Shown: piece after piece, positions 39,061 through 53,844 of the stretch
Position numbering within the stretch: position 1 is the first letter of the stretch
Layout of the letters: every line of letters starts with the position of its first letter
DNA from: Octopus vulgaris
Taxonomy: Eukaryota
Direction: 5' to 3'
DNA: 64,000 nt
NCBI GenBank assembly: GCA_951406725.2
Contig: OX597829.1
Coordinates: 48,856,001-48,920,000, forward strand
The notes under the pieces: generated by a model
What the model was told of the DNA's origin: nothing
Databases searched by the model: none
Seen by the model: the letters and a program-made list of their open reading frames with translations, nothing else
Made by a program: the position numbers and the translations under genes

Positions 39061-39974
39061 TACACACAAACACGCACACGCACACACACATACATGCACA
39101 TACACTCACACACACACATATACGACAGGCTTCTGTCAGTTTCTGTCTATTAAATCCACTCACAAGGCTTTTGGTCGGCCCAAGACTGTAGTAGCAGTCA
39201 CTTGCTTAATGTGCCACATAGTGGGACTGAGCTCAGTCATCTAGCTGAGAAACAAGCTTCTTATTACAGAGCCACTTTTGTAGAAGCTAGACTATCTGAG
39301 GAAGTGTTATATGAACTAAGATGCCGGTGTGCCCAATATATTTATATAACTATTTCCTTTCCTCATTTTATTGACAACCGCCTCTGTTTGCGATATGATC
39401 GAAAGGCATATAGATGAGATTCAAATTCTGTTCCAAAGCGGGAATAAAACCTGAAATCGTGTATTTGTTGGCGGACAGCATTTTATGTTAATATACAACA
39501 AGAACTGGAATAAAATGACGAGCAAGGTAGCAGTTTCCTGATAGAAACTGATAGAAAACCGTCGCTGCATTGTGATCGAAGAGAGGTAAAAGTCTATATT
39601 CTTTGCCCTCTATCTTGACGTAACGTAATATCCTTGGCACGGTCGCAATATCATTCATCAAATTCGATTCTTCGAATACAAAAGTAAGACGTTCATAAAA
39701 TGATGCTGTAAATTTCTCTGGAAGACAGCTACATGATAATCCCCGAATATTGGCAGTTATAGGTGTTGTACAAAATTGCTTGGGCTATGTTTCTGGATGA
39801 AGTCAAAAACTGGATGGCTACGTTCTGAAAGATGGAAAGAAGACACGGGAAGATAGAAAGAAGAACAGGAAAGAAGAACAACTCACCATAAAAATATAAT
39901 AAAAGTCATCTCACAGACAAAAAAGGAAAAAGAAAAACGGAACAAAGACCCCTTTCTTTCTTTCTTTCTTTCAT

Positions 39975-40010
<36 letters not shown>

Positions 40011-40367
40011 TCCTTCTTTCCTTCTTTCTTTCTTTCTTTCTTTCTGCTTCTTTTTTCTCTTTCTCTCTTTCCTGTCCTTTCTGTCTTCTTATCTTTCAGT
40101 CCCTCCCTCCTCCTTTCATTTTCCCTATTTTTTCTCCCTCTAAAGGTTCACCATATACACACACATATGCTTGTGCACTCATGCATGCACACACATGGAT
40201 GTGCACACACATGTACACACGCATACAGCTAACAAAATAATTAAAAAATTCGTCTTCCGTATTTGTATTAAAGGCAAAAAAAAAAAATTCGGTAAAATTC
40301 ATATCTGATGAATCAATATAGGAGAAGAAACCACTAATAAAGAATTAATCAAAATTCTGACAACCTT

Positions 40368-40424
<57 letters not shown>

Positions 40425-40532
40425 CAAAAGTCGATACAGCTTCGCATCCCTGACGTTGCAACTCATTTCAATACCTAAGTGAGCTGGAGCAACATGAAAT
40501 TAAGTGTCTTGCTCAAGAACACAACACGGAAT

Positions 40533-40583
40533 TTTGCCAGTGAACAGGTCGCGGTCTCAAAGCGACGAAAATATTTTGGCAAA
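40533..40583 (+). ncRNA. Third G3-C8 hammerhead copy with compensatory stem I change
   Basis: TTTGCCA-GTGAACA-G-GTCGC-GGTCTCAAA-GCGAC-GAAA-ATATTT-TGGCAAA. A U-A pair of the other copies is replaced by C-G. Confidence 0.75.
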
Positions 40584-40749
40584 TTAAATTTAAATGTTGA
40601 AGTGAATCTAACAGTTTTTGTGTGTTTTTTAAATGGCTTATAAACACCTTCCACGCTGCAATTGTTTTCGTTCCAGCACACGATCTCACATCAGGTCACT
40701 TGCTATGCAAGTACATCTCCGTAATATTATATATATATATATATATATG

Positions 40750-41014
40750 TTAGAAAAAATGAGGTAATCAGATCGGATGGTTCATATTTATAGATATTTA
40801 TTTATATATTACATTTTTTACATATATATCTATCATATCATTCAGATCATATCATTCGGATTATTAGCGCTTTCTCCCAATCCAGTGGGGTTTTTAAATC
40901 AAATCAATTCCTTTGTGGGGATTTGAACATTTTATAGAGTTTCGTAGTAGTGGGGAGGAATAAGACAGTATAAGAGGGTGAGGAGGAAGTGAGACAGAGA
41001 AAACATGAGTGTAT

Positions 41015-41066
<52 letters not shown>

Positions 41067-41375
41067 TTGTATCTGAGAGAGAAGAAGTATTTCCGTTGGC
41101 CTGCTGGACCCCCTATGGTTTTCTAAGAATTTTGGCTCTCTGTCCATTCTGGTGTCACTGAGTCTGTGTTGTGGGTAGGCTGGCCGGACAAATGTCATTT
41201 GGGGTCATACTTTCTATGATCGTTTTGTGTCCGAAGAACGACACCTCCTTCAGGAGGAATATGGAAAAACATTTCATAGCTAAGTTCTCCCCCAAATTAA
41301 ATGGCTGAAACTTTACTCAACATACATTGAAGGACAAATTTTTCGATTTACAATATGATACAGTGGAACATTTAA

Positions 41376-41411
<36 letters not shown>

Positions 41412-41682
41412 GGTGTGTGTGTATGTATATGTTACCTGTTATATACATTATATTGTTTTTGCAATTTACTTGATCTTTACTTGCCAATTGTCATTCTAAT
41501 TTTAACCTTCCTATGATATGCAATTTTCAAGATGGTGTAATTTGATTGTTCATTTTGATTCGATAGAAGGTGGGTTTTTCTCTAATATTTCATGTGTAAG
41601 CATGTATATATATATATAGTGACATTGAAGGACGCATCTTTCGATTTACAATCTAATATAGTAGAACATTTAGTATATGTCT

Positions 41683-41730
<48 letters not shown>

Positions 41731-42670
41731 ATATATATGTGTATTGCCTGTTATATACATTATATTATATTATTATCTTTATAATTTACTTCCATCTTTA
41801 CCTTTTAATTGTCACTTTAATTTTAACTTTCCTATGATATACAATTTTCAAGATGGTGTAATTTGGTTGTTCATTTTGAACCGATAAAAAGTTTTTTTTC
41901 AAATATTTTATGTATAAGTCTGTGTGTGTATATGTATGTATTGGTATAAATATCAACACACAAAAATATTTTTTTCTTCTTCTCCACTTCCTCCCTTATT
42001 TTTATTTATTTTTTATTTATTTTTTTATTTTTTATAATTTTTTAATTTTTATTTTTATATTTATTTTTATTTTTATTTTTATTTTCCCTTTTCTCTTTTT
42101 GTCTCTCTCCCCTTCTCCAAACACACAGAGACACACACACACACACGCACACAAACACACACGGACACACAGACACACACACACACACGCACCTCCACAA
42201 AACGATCATAGAAAGTATGACCCCAAATGACATTTGTCCGGCCAGCCTACCCACAACACACACTCAGTGACACCAGAATGGACAGAGAGCCAAATTCTTA
42301 GAAAACCATAGGGGGTCCAGCAGGCCAACGGAAATACTTCTTCTCTCTCAGATACAAACGCACACACACACACACACACACATACACACACACACATACA
42401 CATACACACATGTTTTCTCTGTCTCACTTCCTCCTCACCCTCTTATACTGTCTTATTCCTCCCCACTACTACGAAACTCTATAAAATGTTCAAATTCCCC
42501 ACAAAGGAATTGATTTGATTTGAAAACCCCACTGGATTGGGAGAAAGCGCTAATAATCCGAATGATATGATCTGAATGATATGATAGATATATATGTAAA
42601 AAATGTAATATATAAATAAATATCTGCAAATATAAACCATCCGATCTTCTGATTACCTCATTTCTTCTAA
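40750..42670. mobile_element. Foldback-like structure: ~480-bp inverted arms (40750-41229 / 42196-42670) around a ~300-bp tandem duplication
   Basis: The arms are near-identical reverse complements. Internal diverged repeats start at ~41324 and ~41622. (TA)n lies on both flanks. Confidence 0.85.
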
Positions 42671-42695
42671 TATATAATACCTGTACATCATCTCC

Positions 42696-42755
<60 letters not shown>

Positions 42756-42782
42756 TGTATGATATATATATATACCAAACCT

Positions 42783-42841
<59 letters not shown>

Positions 42842-42867
42842 TGTATGATATATATATATATAGATAT

Positions 42868-43225
42868 AGGCGCAGGAGTGGCTGTGTGGTAAGTAGCTTG
42901 TTTGCCAACCACATGGTTCCGGGTTCAGTCCCACTGCGTGGCACCTAGGGCAAGTGTCTTCTACTATAGCTTCGCGACAACCAAAGCCTTGTGAGTGGAT
43001 TTGGTAGACGGAAACTGAAAGAAGCCCTTCGTATATATATATTCTTGTATGTCTGGGTTTGTTCCGATGTTGGTGTGTTTACGTCCTTGTAGCCTAGAAG
43101 TTCTGCAAAAGCGACCGATAGAATAAGTTTTAGGCTTACAAAAAGTAAGTCCTGGAGTAAGTTCGACTAAAGGCGGTGCTCCAACATGGCCGCAGTCAAA
43201 TGACTGAAACAAATAAAAGAATAAA
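42868..43225 (+). mobile_element. SINE family A, near full length
   Basis: ggcgcaggagtggctgtgtggtaag...ggttcagtccc...gactgaaacaa. Confidence 0.88.
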
Positions 43226-43846
43226 TGAATATATAAGGTATATATGTTTTTTCATATAGGAATATATATGTAATGTGTGTGTATTGCACGCGTGTCACAA
43301 AGAAGAATAAATATTATGGAAAGTCAAGTATTGATTTACAGAAATTATTGTGCCTTCAATAGAAAAGCATTTGCGACCACCCCCGAATAAGGGAAGGTAT
43401 TACAAACAAGTGTGAGTAATCTTGCACCATTGATGTGCCGCTAAGGAGTAATCTATTCATCTAGAGATAAAGGACAGAAGCAGACAGGTGTTTCTGCCTT
43501 ACTAATCGTCATCAGCACAGCACTTTTTCTTACATAAATCTTGCAGATGTGAGGCAACACACACACACACATGCACGCACACACACACGCACGCACGCAC
43601 ACACACACACACACATTAAACAAACATACTCACACATACATATGGTGTATAATTTTTCTTGTCTAGTCCTGAGTTAACACTGATTAACCAATGACATTCT
43701 AACCACGATCACTTCGTTCGTTTAGTATTCTGTGGGAATATATTGCCTAATATTTTCTTTATTTTCTCAAAACACTAAAACACAAAAGTGTGATTCGAAG
43801 GACATTTGGTTCCTTTTTCTCGCAGATCAATCAATGAAGTATAATA

Positions 43847-44084
43847 AATACCTATTTCTTTACTACCCACAAGGGGCTAAACACAGAGGGGACAAACAAG
43901 GACAGACAAACGGATTAAGTCGATTACATCAACCCCAGTGTGTAACTGGTACTTAATTTATCGACCCCGAAAGGATGAAAGGCAAAGTCGACCTCGGCGG
44001 AACTTGAACTCACAACGTAACGCAGACGAAATACCGCTAAGCATTTCGCCCGGCGTGCTAACGTTTCTGCCAGCTCGCCGCCTT
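43847..44084 (-). mobile_element. Full-length Nin/Deu SINE with 12-bp TSD
   Basis: TSD tgaagtataata at 43835-43846 and 44087-44098. Confidence 0.9.
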
Positions 44085-44498
44085 ATTGAAGTATAATACC
44101 ATTTGCGATCGATGCAGTCTTATGGGCTGGATATGCCAAATGGAAAAACAATAAAATTTAGAAAGATAGACACATTCTAATCCAATTTAAAGCATGCTAT
44201 AAATGCATAATATACGAGAGAGATATTGAGAGAGATATATATCATGTCCTACGTTGTATGTAGGCGTTAATTCTAGTTGGCTTGTGACGGAGTTACAGCG
44301 ACGTTGGCAGAAACAAATCATTGGCAGTGAACCACTCTGACGTTTGGAGGACGGACTTTCTTGTGTGATATAACTCACAAAATGGTCGCCGCCATAGAGA
44401 AATACCGCTTTTGCACACAGATTCGTGCATTCGAAGACAGAAAACAAAGTGACACGCAATCGCAAACGTACCACTTGCATCTGTGTTGTTGCTGTTGC

Positions 44499-44555
<57 letters not shown>

Positions 44556-44744
44556 GTTTGGTTGTCTGTGAATTATGCGTGTGCGTCATTAAACTTAGAA
44601 AAATCAGATCAACAAAATCCAGGCGATATAATTTATGTGTCCCCTACTTAGATTAATATATGCAAGTATACGTATATAGTCGCTCATAAATGCGTATGGG
44701 AACATCTCTCTGTCTCTCATGTCTGTCTGTATACATACATACGT

Positions 44745-45246
44745 ATACATAAATACATACATACATACATACATACATACATACATACATACATTCATAC
44801 ATACATACATACACACACACATACATACACATATACGTACATACATCATACATACATACATCATACATCATACGTACATACATACATACTTACATACATA
44901 CATACTTACATACATGCATGCATACACACATACATACATACATACATACACACATACATACATACATCATACATACATACATACATACTTACATACATAC
45001 ATACTTACATACATGCATGCATACATACATACATACATACATACATACATACATACATCATACATACATACATACATCATACATCATACGTACATACATA
45101 CATACATACATACATACATACATACATGCATGCATGCATACATACATACATACATACATACATACATGCATGCATGCATACATACATACATACATACATA
45201 CATACATAAATACATACATACATGCATACATACATACATACATACA

Positions 45247-45318
<72 letters not shown>

Positions 45319-45320
45319 AG
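44745..45320. repeat. (CATA)n microsatellite
   Basis: Direct reading. Confidence 0.95.
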
Positions 45321-45575
45321 AAAAAAATCGTCGACAAAACATTATCTACATGAAGATACCATTACTATCTTGCCTAACTTTACAAGCCTAATATAATCAA
45401 TGGTTGTGTAAAATATGTGTGCAGTCACGTTTAATCATTATCCGCTTAACATACTAATCGTTAATTATATATTTTTCATATGTAATATTTGCTTTTAGTT
45501 TTGCCCCTGTTCGTCTGAGTTATGAGGGTATGCTACATTTAGGGTGAGTTTAGAGCTTAGGGTCAGGGTTATGGT

Positions 45576-45685
<110 letters not shown>

Positions 45686-45790
45686 GCTCGCTTAGCCAGC
45701 GGGGTGGCGTTAGTCGAAGGCTAAAACAATGCGAACGCATTGTGACCAGCGATGTGTAACAACATCTGATGGTCTGGTCGGTCACGTGAT

Positions 45791-45829
<39 letters not shown>

Positions 45830-45951
45830 GACTTTATTATTAAAGCTGCATGTGATGTTTTTGCAGCTTTAATGATAAAGCATGTTACTCTACATTGGTA
45901 TTCGAGTACTATTTTTCTCCACCTTGTTTCACATGTACGTGCTTACTCTGG

Positions 45952-45982
<31 letters not shown>

Positions 45983-46128
45983 CAAAATAAGGAAATGGAG
46001 AATGTATTAATTAATTGCATCGCAATTCTTAACATTTATGTATTAACTTTGTTGGATGCTTTACTAGCAGTATGTTGGATATATGTTATCCCATGGTGTG
46101 TTGCACTCACAACCCCTATCTCAATTTG

Positions 46129-46194
<66 letters not shown>

Positions 46195-46294
46195 CACATA
46201 TAACAAAAAAGTACGTTCAGAGAATATTATATTTTTATTACTGATCTTACCTTATAAATGCGACAACTCTTTCTATTATAATAATATATATATT

Positions 46295-46517
46295 TACGGA
46301 TATGTATTTGCATAGCAACTGACTTGATCTGAAATCGTGTGCTGGAACGGGAACAATTGCAGCGTGGAAGGTGTATATAAGCCATTTAAGAAACACACAA
46401 AAACTGTTACATTCACTTCAACATTTAAATTTTCCTCGCTTTCAGACCGCGACCTGTTCTCTGACAAAAGTTCGTGCTGCATCTGAGAAAGTAACAGTTA
46501 GTTCATGATATATATAT

Positions 46518-46587
<70 letters not shown>

Positions 46588-46711
46588 TTGTGTGTGTGTG
46601 TGTATGTGTGTATGTATGCATGTATGTACGTGTGTACATGTATGTGCGCATTGGATGTATGTATGTATGTATGTATGTATGTATGTATGTATGTATGTAT
46701 GTATGTATGTA

Positions 46712-46742
<31 letters not shown>

Positions 46743-47190
46743 ATGTATGTATGTATGTATGTATGTGTGTGTGTGTACATGTACGTGCGTATGCATGTGT
46801 GCATGCCTATACACATGTATGTATATATGTACTTACGTATGTATGTGAGTATTTAGGAGAGTGTTTAGACGTGTCTGTGTGTGTACATGTGTATGTACAT
46901 GTGAACGTATGTTTATGTAATGATATGTGTCAGTTCAAGTTGTATACATGACTGTTACCTTCTTGAAGATTGTATATATACGAACATATACATTTATATA
47001 GAGTGTATGTGTGTGTGTATGTGTGCGTTTTCCCCCCCCCTCACCACCGTCTAACGGTGAATGGCTACAACGTCTTAGATACATTTATGCACATATAACC
47101 TTATACATATATATACAAGTACACGCAATCATATAGACACTTATATATACTCACAAATATACGTATAATCTTAAAATATACACACATATA
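46295..47190. mobile_element. Second copy of the 5136-6650 composite element (hammerhead partly deleted)
   Basis: Arm, microsatellite and core (gagtatttaggagagtgtttagacgtg...tcaccaccgtctaacggtga) are colinear with 5136-6420. Confidence 0.85.
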
Positions 47191-47324
47191 CCATCAGAAG
47201 GAACCACCCTTGGCTTTTTACTCAGAGCAATTCGGTATCTGCCTTAGATTATATATCCTTCCTCTTACTATATATACATAGGAAGTATCATTAAAACTAA
47301 CGTTGATATCTTCGAAAATATATC

Positions 47325-47520
47325 TCTCTTTACTCTTTTACTTGTATCAGTCATTTGACTGCGGCCATGCTGGAGCACTGCCTCTAGTCGAGCAAATCGA
47401 CCCCAGGACTTATTCTTTGCAAGCCCTAGTACTTATTCTATCGGTGTCTTTTGCCGAACCGCAAAGTTACAGGGACGTAAACACACCAACACCGGTCGTC
47501 AAGCGAGGCTGAGGAGACAA

Positions 47521-47559
<39 letters not shown>

Positions 47560-47735
47560 CATATACAGATATATACAACGGGTTTCTTTCAGTTTCCGTC
47601 TACCAAATCAACTCACAAGGCTGTGGTCGGCCCGAGGCTATAGTAGAAGACACTTGCCCAAGGTACCACGCAGTGGGACTGAACCCGGAACCATGTGGTT
47701 GGTAAGCAAGCTACTTACCACACAGCCACTCCTGC
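47325..47735 (-). mobile_element. SINE family A
   Basis: Reverse complement of the 2503-2960 pattern. Confidence 0.88.
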
Positions 47736-47866
47736 TCGTATATGTTAATACAATGTTATCAAGGCTAACCAAAATTACTGGTATCTGATTGTGGAACTTT
47801 TAATCAATTTCTTTTAATACTAAGTGTTTTATTGTCATCTACCAGGTTGTTTTAGTCCCAATGTTT

Positions 47867-47935
<69 letters not shown>

Positions 47936-47940
47936 AACAC

Positions 47941-47975
<35 letters not shown>

Positions 47976-48000
47976 AACACACACAAACACACACACACAA

Positions 48001-48041
<41 letters not shown>

Positions 48042-48237
48042 CACAAGTAACATACCATCGTCTACAGCCAACACAAATATATAAAGTGGTCGTCAAGTAC
48101 AGTCCTGACATGAACCCCCCACCCGCCGCAATCCGTCGCATATCCCTCCTTATTCGAAGAGGCTCGATCGATAGCTGTAAATGTCCTTTACTCAATAATA
48201 CTCCACATTAGCAAAGGTTCGACACTGAATGAGTGCG

Positions 48238-48312
<75 letters not shown>

Positions 48313-48348
48313 CGACGACGACGATGAAGATGATGATGACAGTGATGA

Positions 48349-48395
<47 letters not shown>

Positions 48396-48545
48396 CGACG
48401 ACGACAATGAAGATGATGATGACAGTGATGATGATGATGATAATGATGATGATGATGATGATGACAATGATGATGATGATGATGACGACGACGACGACGA
48501 TGATGATGATGACAGTGATGATGATGATGATGATGATGATGACAG

Positions 48546-48576
<31 letters not shown>

Positions 48577-48650
48577 AATGACAATGATGATGATGATGAT
48601 GACGACGACGACGATGATGATGATGATGACAGTGATGATGATGATGATGT
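48238..48650. repeat. (GAT)n microsatellite
   Basis: Direct reading. Confidence 0.95.
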
Positions 48651-49204
48651 CCGTGCACCATAATCCACATCACACAGAATCTGTTAGGCACAGAAGGTGA
48701 ACCTGCAAAATAACACTACATGATCCGTTTAAAAGTAGCGATGTTTTAAACTGGTCAAGTATGATCTGGGTTGGGTGGGGACAAGGCTTGACGGTCTGAT
48801 GGTAGTAAACACCGGAGGAGTTTGTTAGTGGTTAATGCCGAGCTGAATGAGGGTACGTTCAATATAGGTGACCTGGGGAAGAGAGAGGATTGAGCCGAGA
48901 GTGTGTGAGAGAAGTAACCTAAGAATAGTTGAATTCGAGGTGCAGAAGCCGCTCTTGTAGCGGTGAAAAGATAGAAAGAAAGAAAGAGAGAGGAGAGAGA
49001 GAAAGAAAGAAGAGAAATAAAGAAAGAAGAGAGGGAGAGTGAAAGAAGAGACAAGGAGAGGAGGAGAGCGAGATTTTGAGGAGACTGCACATATCTGTAG
49101 TATGATGGTAAGCTACTTCAACCCAACTGTATAAACTATTTCATACAAATCAGCTGAGTGGCCTGTTGTGGATGTGATCGAGGATGTGTGCATGCGCCTG
49201 TGTG

Positions 49205-49286
<82 letters not shown>

Positions 49287-49569
49287 CGTTAGATGTAGGA
49301 GCAATAAATCATTAATGGTCTTGAGGTTTTTGAAGGGTAAATAATAGTTGAGGATTGGATGAAGATTTGCTTTCATTTGTTGTTATTTATTATTATTTTT
49401 TGTGTGTAGCGGGGGTGGGGTGGGGGTGACATGCAAAGATGAAGACCAATCTTTGCATCTTATTAAATGTATTTATGGGTAAGGAAGGAGTAGATGTTAG
49501 CTCTTTTGTTTTAACGTTGTTGTTTTTTTTTTTGACAGATGTAATTATAACTATAAGATTGCATACCGA

Positions 49570-50295
49570 TTTCTTTACTACCCACAAATGGCTAAACACA
49601 AAGGGGACAAACAAGGACAGACAAAGGGATTAAGTCGATTACATTGACTCCAGTGCTTAACTGGTACTTATTTAATCGACCCCGAAAGGATGAAAGGCAA
49701 AGTCGACCTCGGCGGAATTTGAACTCAGAACGTAGCGGCAGACGAAATACCTATTTCTTTACTACCCAGAAGGGGTTAAACACAGAAGGGACAAACAAGG
49801 ACAGACAAACGGATTAAGTCGATTACATCGATCCCAGTGCATAACTGGTACTTAATTTATCGACCCCGAAAGGATGAAAGGCAAAGTCAAGATCGGCGGA
49901 ATTTGAACTCAGAACGTAACGGCAGACGAAATACGCGCCATTGGAGGATATTTTCGAACTCTTTGTTCTGGGAATCAGCGTAGATTCAGTGCGTGGCATC
50001 AAGGATGCTCGAAGCTGACGACTGGTGTGGAACGTTTGGGATTGATCAGTCTTTCCTTCTTTCTAATAAAGGCACAAATCCTGAAATTCTTGTGGAGGGT
50101 GGGAATAAGGTAGGGTGGGGGCAGTCGACTTCATCGATCCTAGTTTTCAGCTGGTTACTTATTTTGTAGATCCCCGTAAAAAAAATGAAGGGCTAAGTTG
50201 ACCTAGGCGAAATTTGAACTCAGAACGTAAAGGCGGACGAATTGCAGCTAAGCATTTCATCCGGTGCACTAACGATCCTGCCAGATCACCGCCTT
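49570..50295 (-). mobile_element. Nin/Deu SINE cluster: tandem headless dimer (49570-49935) plus a diverged copy (50060-50295)
   Basis: Repeated tttctttactaccca...gcagacgaaatac units. Confidence 0.85.
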
Positions 50296-50382
50296 ATGTT
50301 AGGAACTATTATTTTAAAGTTGATCTGAGGTTCTGGAGCGTTTAGACCTACTTCTAGACACCCTCTCCGTCCATGACTAGCC

Positions 50383-50776
50383 GTGGAGGCGCAATGGCCC
50401 AGCGGTTAGGGCAGCGAACTCGCGGTCGTAGGATCGCGGTTTCGATTCCCAGACCGGGCGTTGTGAGTGTTTATTGAGCGAAAACACCTAAAAGCTCCAC
50501 GAGGGCTCCGGCAGGGGTTGGTGGTGATCCCTGCTGTACTCTTTCACCACAACTTTCTCTCACTCTTACTTCCTGTTTCTGTTGTACCTGTATTTCAAAA
50601 GGGGCCGGCCTTGTCACTCTCTGTGTCACGCTGAATATCCCCGAGAACTACGTTAAGGGTACACGTGTCTGTGGAGTGCTCAGCCACTTACAGGTTAATT
50701 TCACGAGCAGGCTGTTCCGTTGATCGGATCAACCGGAACCCTCGTCGTCGTAACCGACGGAGTGCTTCCATCCATC
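50383..50776 (+). mobile_element. Young full-length tRNA SINE (head C plus tail X; octopus OR-like), 12-bp TSD
   Basis: tggcccagcggttagg (A box) and gtttcgattccc (B box). TSD ccatgactagcc at 50371-50382 and 50777-50788. Confidence 0.9.
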
Positions 50777-51040
50777 CCATGACTAGCCAAACGTAAAATT
50801 TTTCAACGTTACCGTTGTTGCAGTCATAGAAAAGTCAACAAAAGCTAGAATCTTTTTTTTCGCTCTTCGTTGTCAGAAGAGAGACTGCAGGAATAAATCT
50901 CTTCAAGCAATTACCAAGTTCTCCTTACAGATCCGTAGGGAACAGAGTTTCTTTGTCAATTGGTGACATTGTTGAGAACAACATTAATAGTGTATCGACA
51001 TTTATGTTTTTTATAAACTTTTATTTCTTTTTCCATTTCT

Positions 51041-51092
<52 letters not shown>

Positions 51093-51109
51093 ACCTTTGT
51101 ATGCTATGC

Positions 51110-51255
51110 ATGTGTCTTTTCTTTTCCATTGTATACCTTGTATACTTTTTTATTTTCATAATTTCATTATTACGTGTAAAAAACCCCACCACCTTTATGT
51201 CTGTCTCGGTATCGTCTCTGTATCGTCCTTCGCCCTTGTGGCAAATAAATAAAAT
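51110..51255 (+). mobile_element. 3' UTR end of the Tx1-like LINE followed by (CAT)n (51255-51625)
   Basis: tccttcgcccttgtggcaaataaat matches the reverse complement of 57905-57935. Confidence 0.7.
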
Positions 51256-51437
51256 CATCATCATCATCGTTATCATCATCATCATCATTGTCGTTATCAT
51301 CATCATCATCATCATCGTCGTCATCATCTTCATCATCATCTTCGTCGTCGTCGTCGTCATCATCATCATCATCATCATCATTGTCGTTATCATCATCATC
51401 ATCATCATCATCGACGTCATCATCATCATAGTCGTCG

Positions 51438-51505
<68 letters not shown>

Positions 51506-51511
51506 GTCGTC

Positions 51512-51565
<54 letters not shown>

Positions 51566-51566
51566 T

Positions 51567-51604
<38 letters not shown>

Positions 51605-53034
51605 TATTATCATTATTATTATTATAAATTTTTTGCCGAATAAACATTTGCAAACATATGGTGACATATAGTCGTGGTAAAAGTAGGAAAACTTCGTATA
51701 ATTACGATAACAGCCTTTCTGTCTACGATAGTGAAAGAAACGCCTATCTCTCCAATGAATTTGAAATTCTGAAAAGAACACTATATAATGTAAGCAACGT
51801 AGAGTTTAGATATACTTTCCTATTCATGCTCCTGAATACAGATAATACAGACAATAACAGAATGAAAGGAAGGAGAACTACGCAAACAATAAACAATGCC
51901 GTTAGCGGTGCCGATATTGGTAAGCAGTGTTCAGCGAAATTACTGTAAACAGCAACAACGAAGATAGTATGAGATATGAAAATTCATGAAAATTTATGAA
52001 GATTCAAACGGTTAAGCAATTAGAATAATTATATGTATAGAAATTAAATATAAAATATAAATTTCAAAGTGGGACAAGAACGCAAAAACACAAAGAGACG
52101 ACACAAAAAAAAAAAAAACAGACGGGTCACTCGAAGCCTCTAATCTTCAGTCGGAACCGGATCATCTTAGCAATTTCGGCTGTTTAATCTCGATATTGCT
52201 CCGAACCGGCCAGCCCCAAGGAAAAACTAAGCCACTGGCATTAGATTTCTTGGAAAGAGGATCGAATGTATACGAAACAAAGACAGGATGCCACACGAAT
52301 ATAAATACAAGAAACAAAAAAATAGAAATAAAAAACAAGAATGGTAAGCAGGACAAAAACAGCGGGCGTCTTACGACTTTAGACAATTTTTAACTTATCT
52401 TGGCTGGCGTATTTGAAAAATGCCTTTGCGGCAACAGATATTGGCGTAGGCAATAAAGAGTGGAGTGTGTTGCTTAATCGATGTTGCATGACCTCTTAAT
52501 ACAAGTATAGAAAAAGAAAAGTTCAACGGGGAAATACCAGGATTTAAATTACGAACGTCAAGGAATCTGGAATTGCCGTAGAGTTTTCTTTTTCCCAAAT
52601 GTAACAGAAGCCTTAGGGAACAGTTGGAAGATGTTTGAATGGTTAATGGTTGAAGATGTTTGATATCGAAATGAATTTCTGAGTTCTATAAAAGAAAAGA
52701 AAAAAGCGTTTAATTTGTTCAACAAGGATAATAAGGAAGGTGCTAGATATCTAAGTTTGTAGGATACAGCTTGATGCTTTGGGAATAAAAGTGATTGTTT
52801 TTTAACATAAGCACCGGTCCAGAAATTTAGGGAAAAGTTCAGTCAATGATGTGGATGCCTGTTGATGGATGGAACTTATATTATGGACTCCGAAAGAATG
52901 AAAGATGAAGTCAGAATACAAAGGGTCGGAACAAATACCACAAGACATTTTGTCCGACTAACGTAGTAATAGTAATTATTGCCTTTCATTTAATCACATC
53001 GTAAAAGTTGTTTTGTTTTTAGTCACAAGGCAAA

Positions 53035-53370
53035 GGTAATGATTGGCAGAATCGGTAGCATTCCGGACAAAATGCTTAGTGGTATTTCGTCCGTCTATTC
53101 TTCTGAGTTCAAATGTTGCCCAGGGTCGACTTTGCCTTTCATTCTTTCGGGGTCGATTAAAACAAGTACCAGTTGAACACCGGGGTCGATGTATTCGACT
53201 TATCTCCACCCTTTCCAAAATCGCCGAACCTGTGTCAAAATTAGCAACCAGTTTAATCACAAGGCGAGCAGTTTTGAAGGAAAGGGGTTTAACCACTACG
53301 GTGACCCGCAGTACTTGGCTGGTATTTTATTTTATCGACGAAAAGATGAAAGCCCTCGGAAGGATTTAAA
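53035..53370. mobile_element. Two diverged Nin/Deu SINEs, tail to tail
   Basis: A plus-strand copy at 53035-53230 and a partial minus-strand copy at 53240-53370. Confidence 0.7.
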
Positions 53371-53474
53371 GATGGTGCCTTTAGGCTAGCAGTCATTTAT
53401 GCCTTATTATTGTTATTTATCACTTCCTCCATCAAATGTAGAAAAATTTTTTGTGTGCTTTGCCGTTGCTGCTG

Positions 53475-53844
53475 CTGTTGCTGTTGCGCGTAGCGGTCTT
53501 CGTCCTAGTGAGAGAAGTCCGAAACGTGGTCCTTTGATATTCGTAAGACCCGCAGAAGAGAAAGCACGTCAACCCCCGACATCGAGAGCATCGACGGATG
53601 GATGAATGCGCATCCAGGCTCAGCGGTTGTGTAGGAAGTCGGGGACAAGAAACAAGAAGAAAGAGTGAGAGAAAGTTGGAGCGAAAGAGTACAACAGGGG
53701 TCGCCCCCCCCCCCCTGCCGGAGCCTCGTGGAGCTTTAGATGTTTTCGCTCAATAAACACACACAACGCCCGGTCTGGGAATCGAAACTGCGATCCTCCG
53801 ACCGCGAGTCCGCTGCCCTAACCACTGGGCCATTGCGCCTCCAC
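53475..53844 (-). mobile_element. tRNA SINE head C plus tail Y, 14-bp TSD
   Basis: The head is nearly identical to 50383-50580 but the tail is unrelated. TSD tgccgttgctgctg at 53461-53474 and 53845-53858. Confidence 0.88.

Noticed and set aside
48755-48980. Penelope linker-region remnant (SLFPRSPIL...LLP)
   Set aside because: The resemblance is too weak to call without a database search.
50383-50460. tRNA genes (also at 42868, 53770-53844 and 59482)
   Set aside because: They have A/B boxes but no complete cloverleaf, and they continue into SINE bodies, some with TSDs.
52080-52260. Possible ribozyme in a repeat with CTGAAGA and CCGAAATT on the minus strand
   Set aside because: The motifs are in the wrong order or spacing, and I could not build a consistent three-stem junction.
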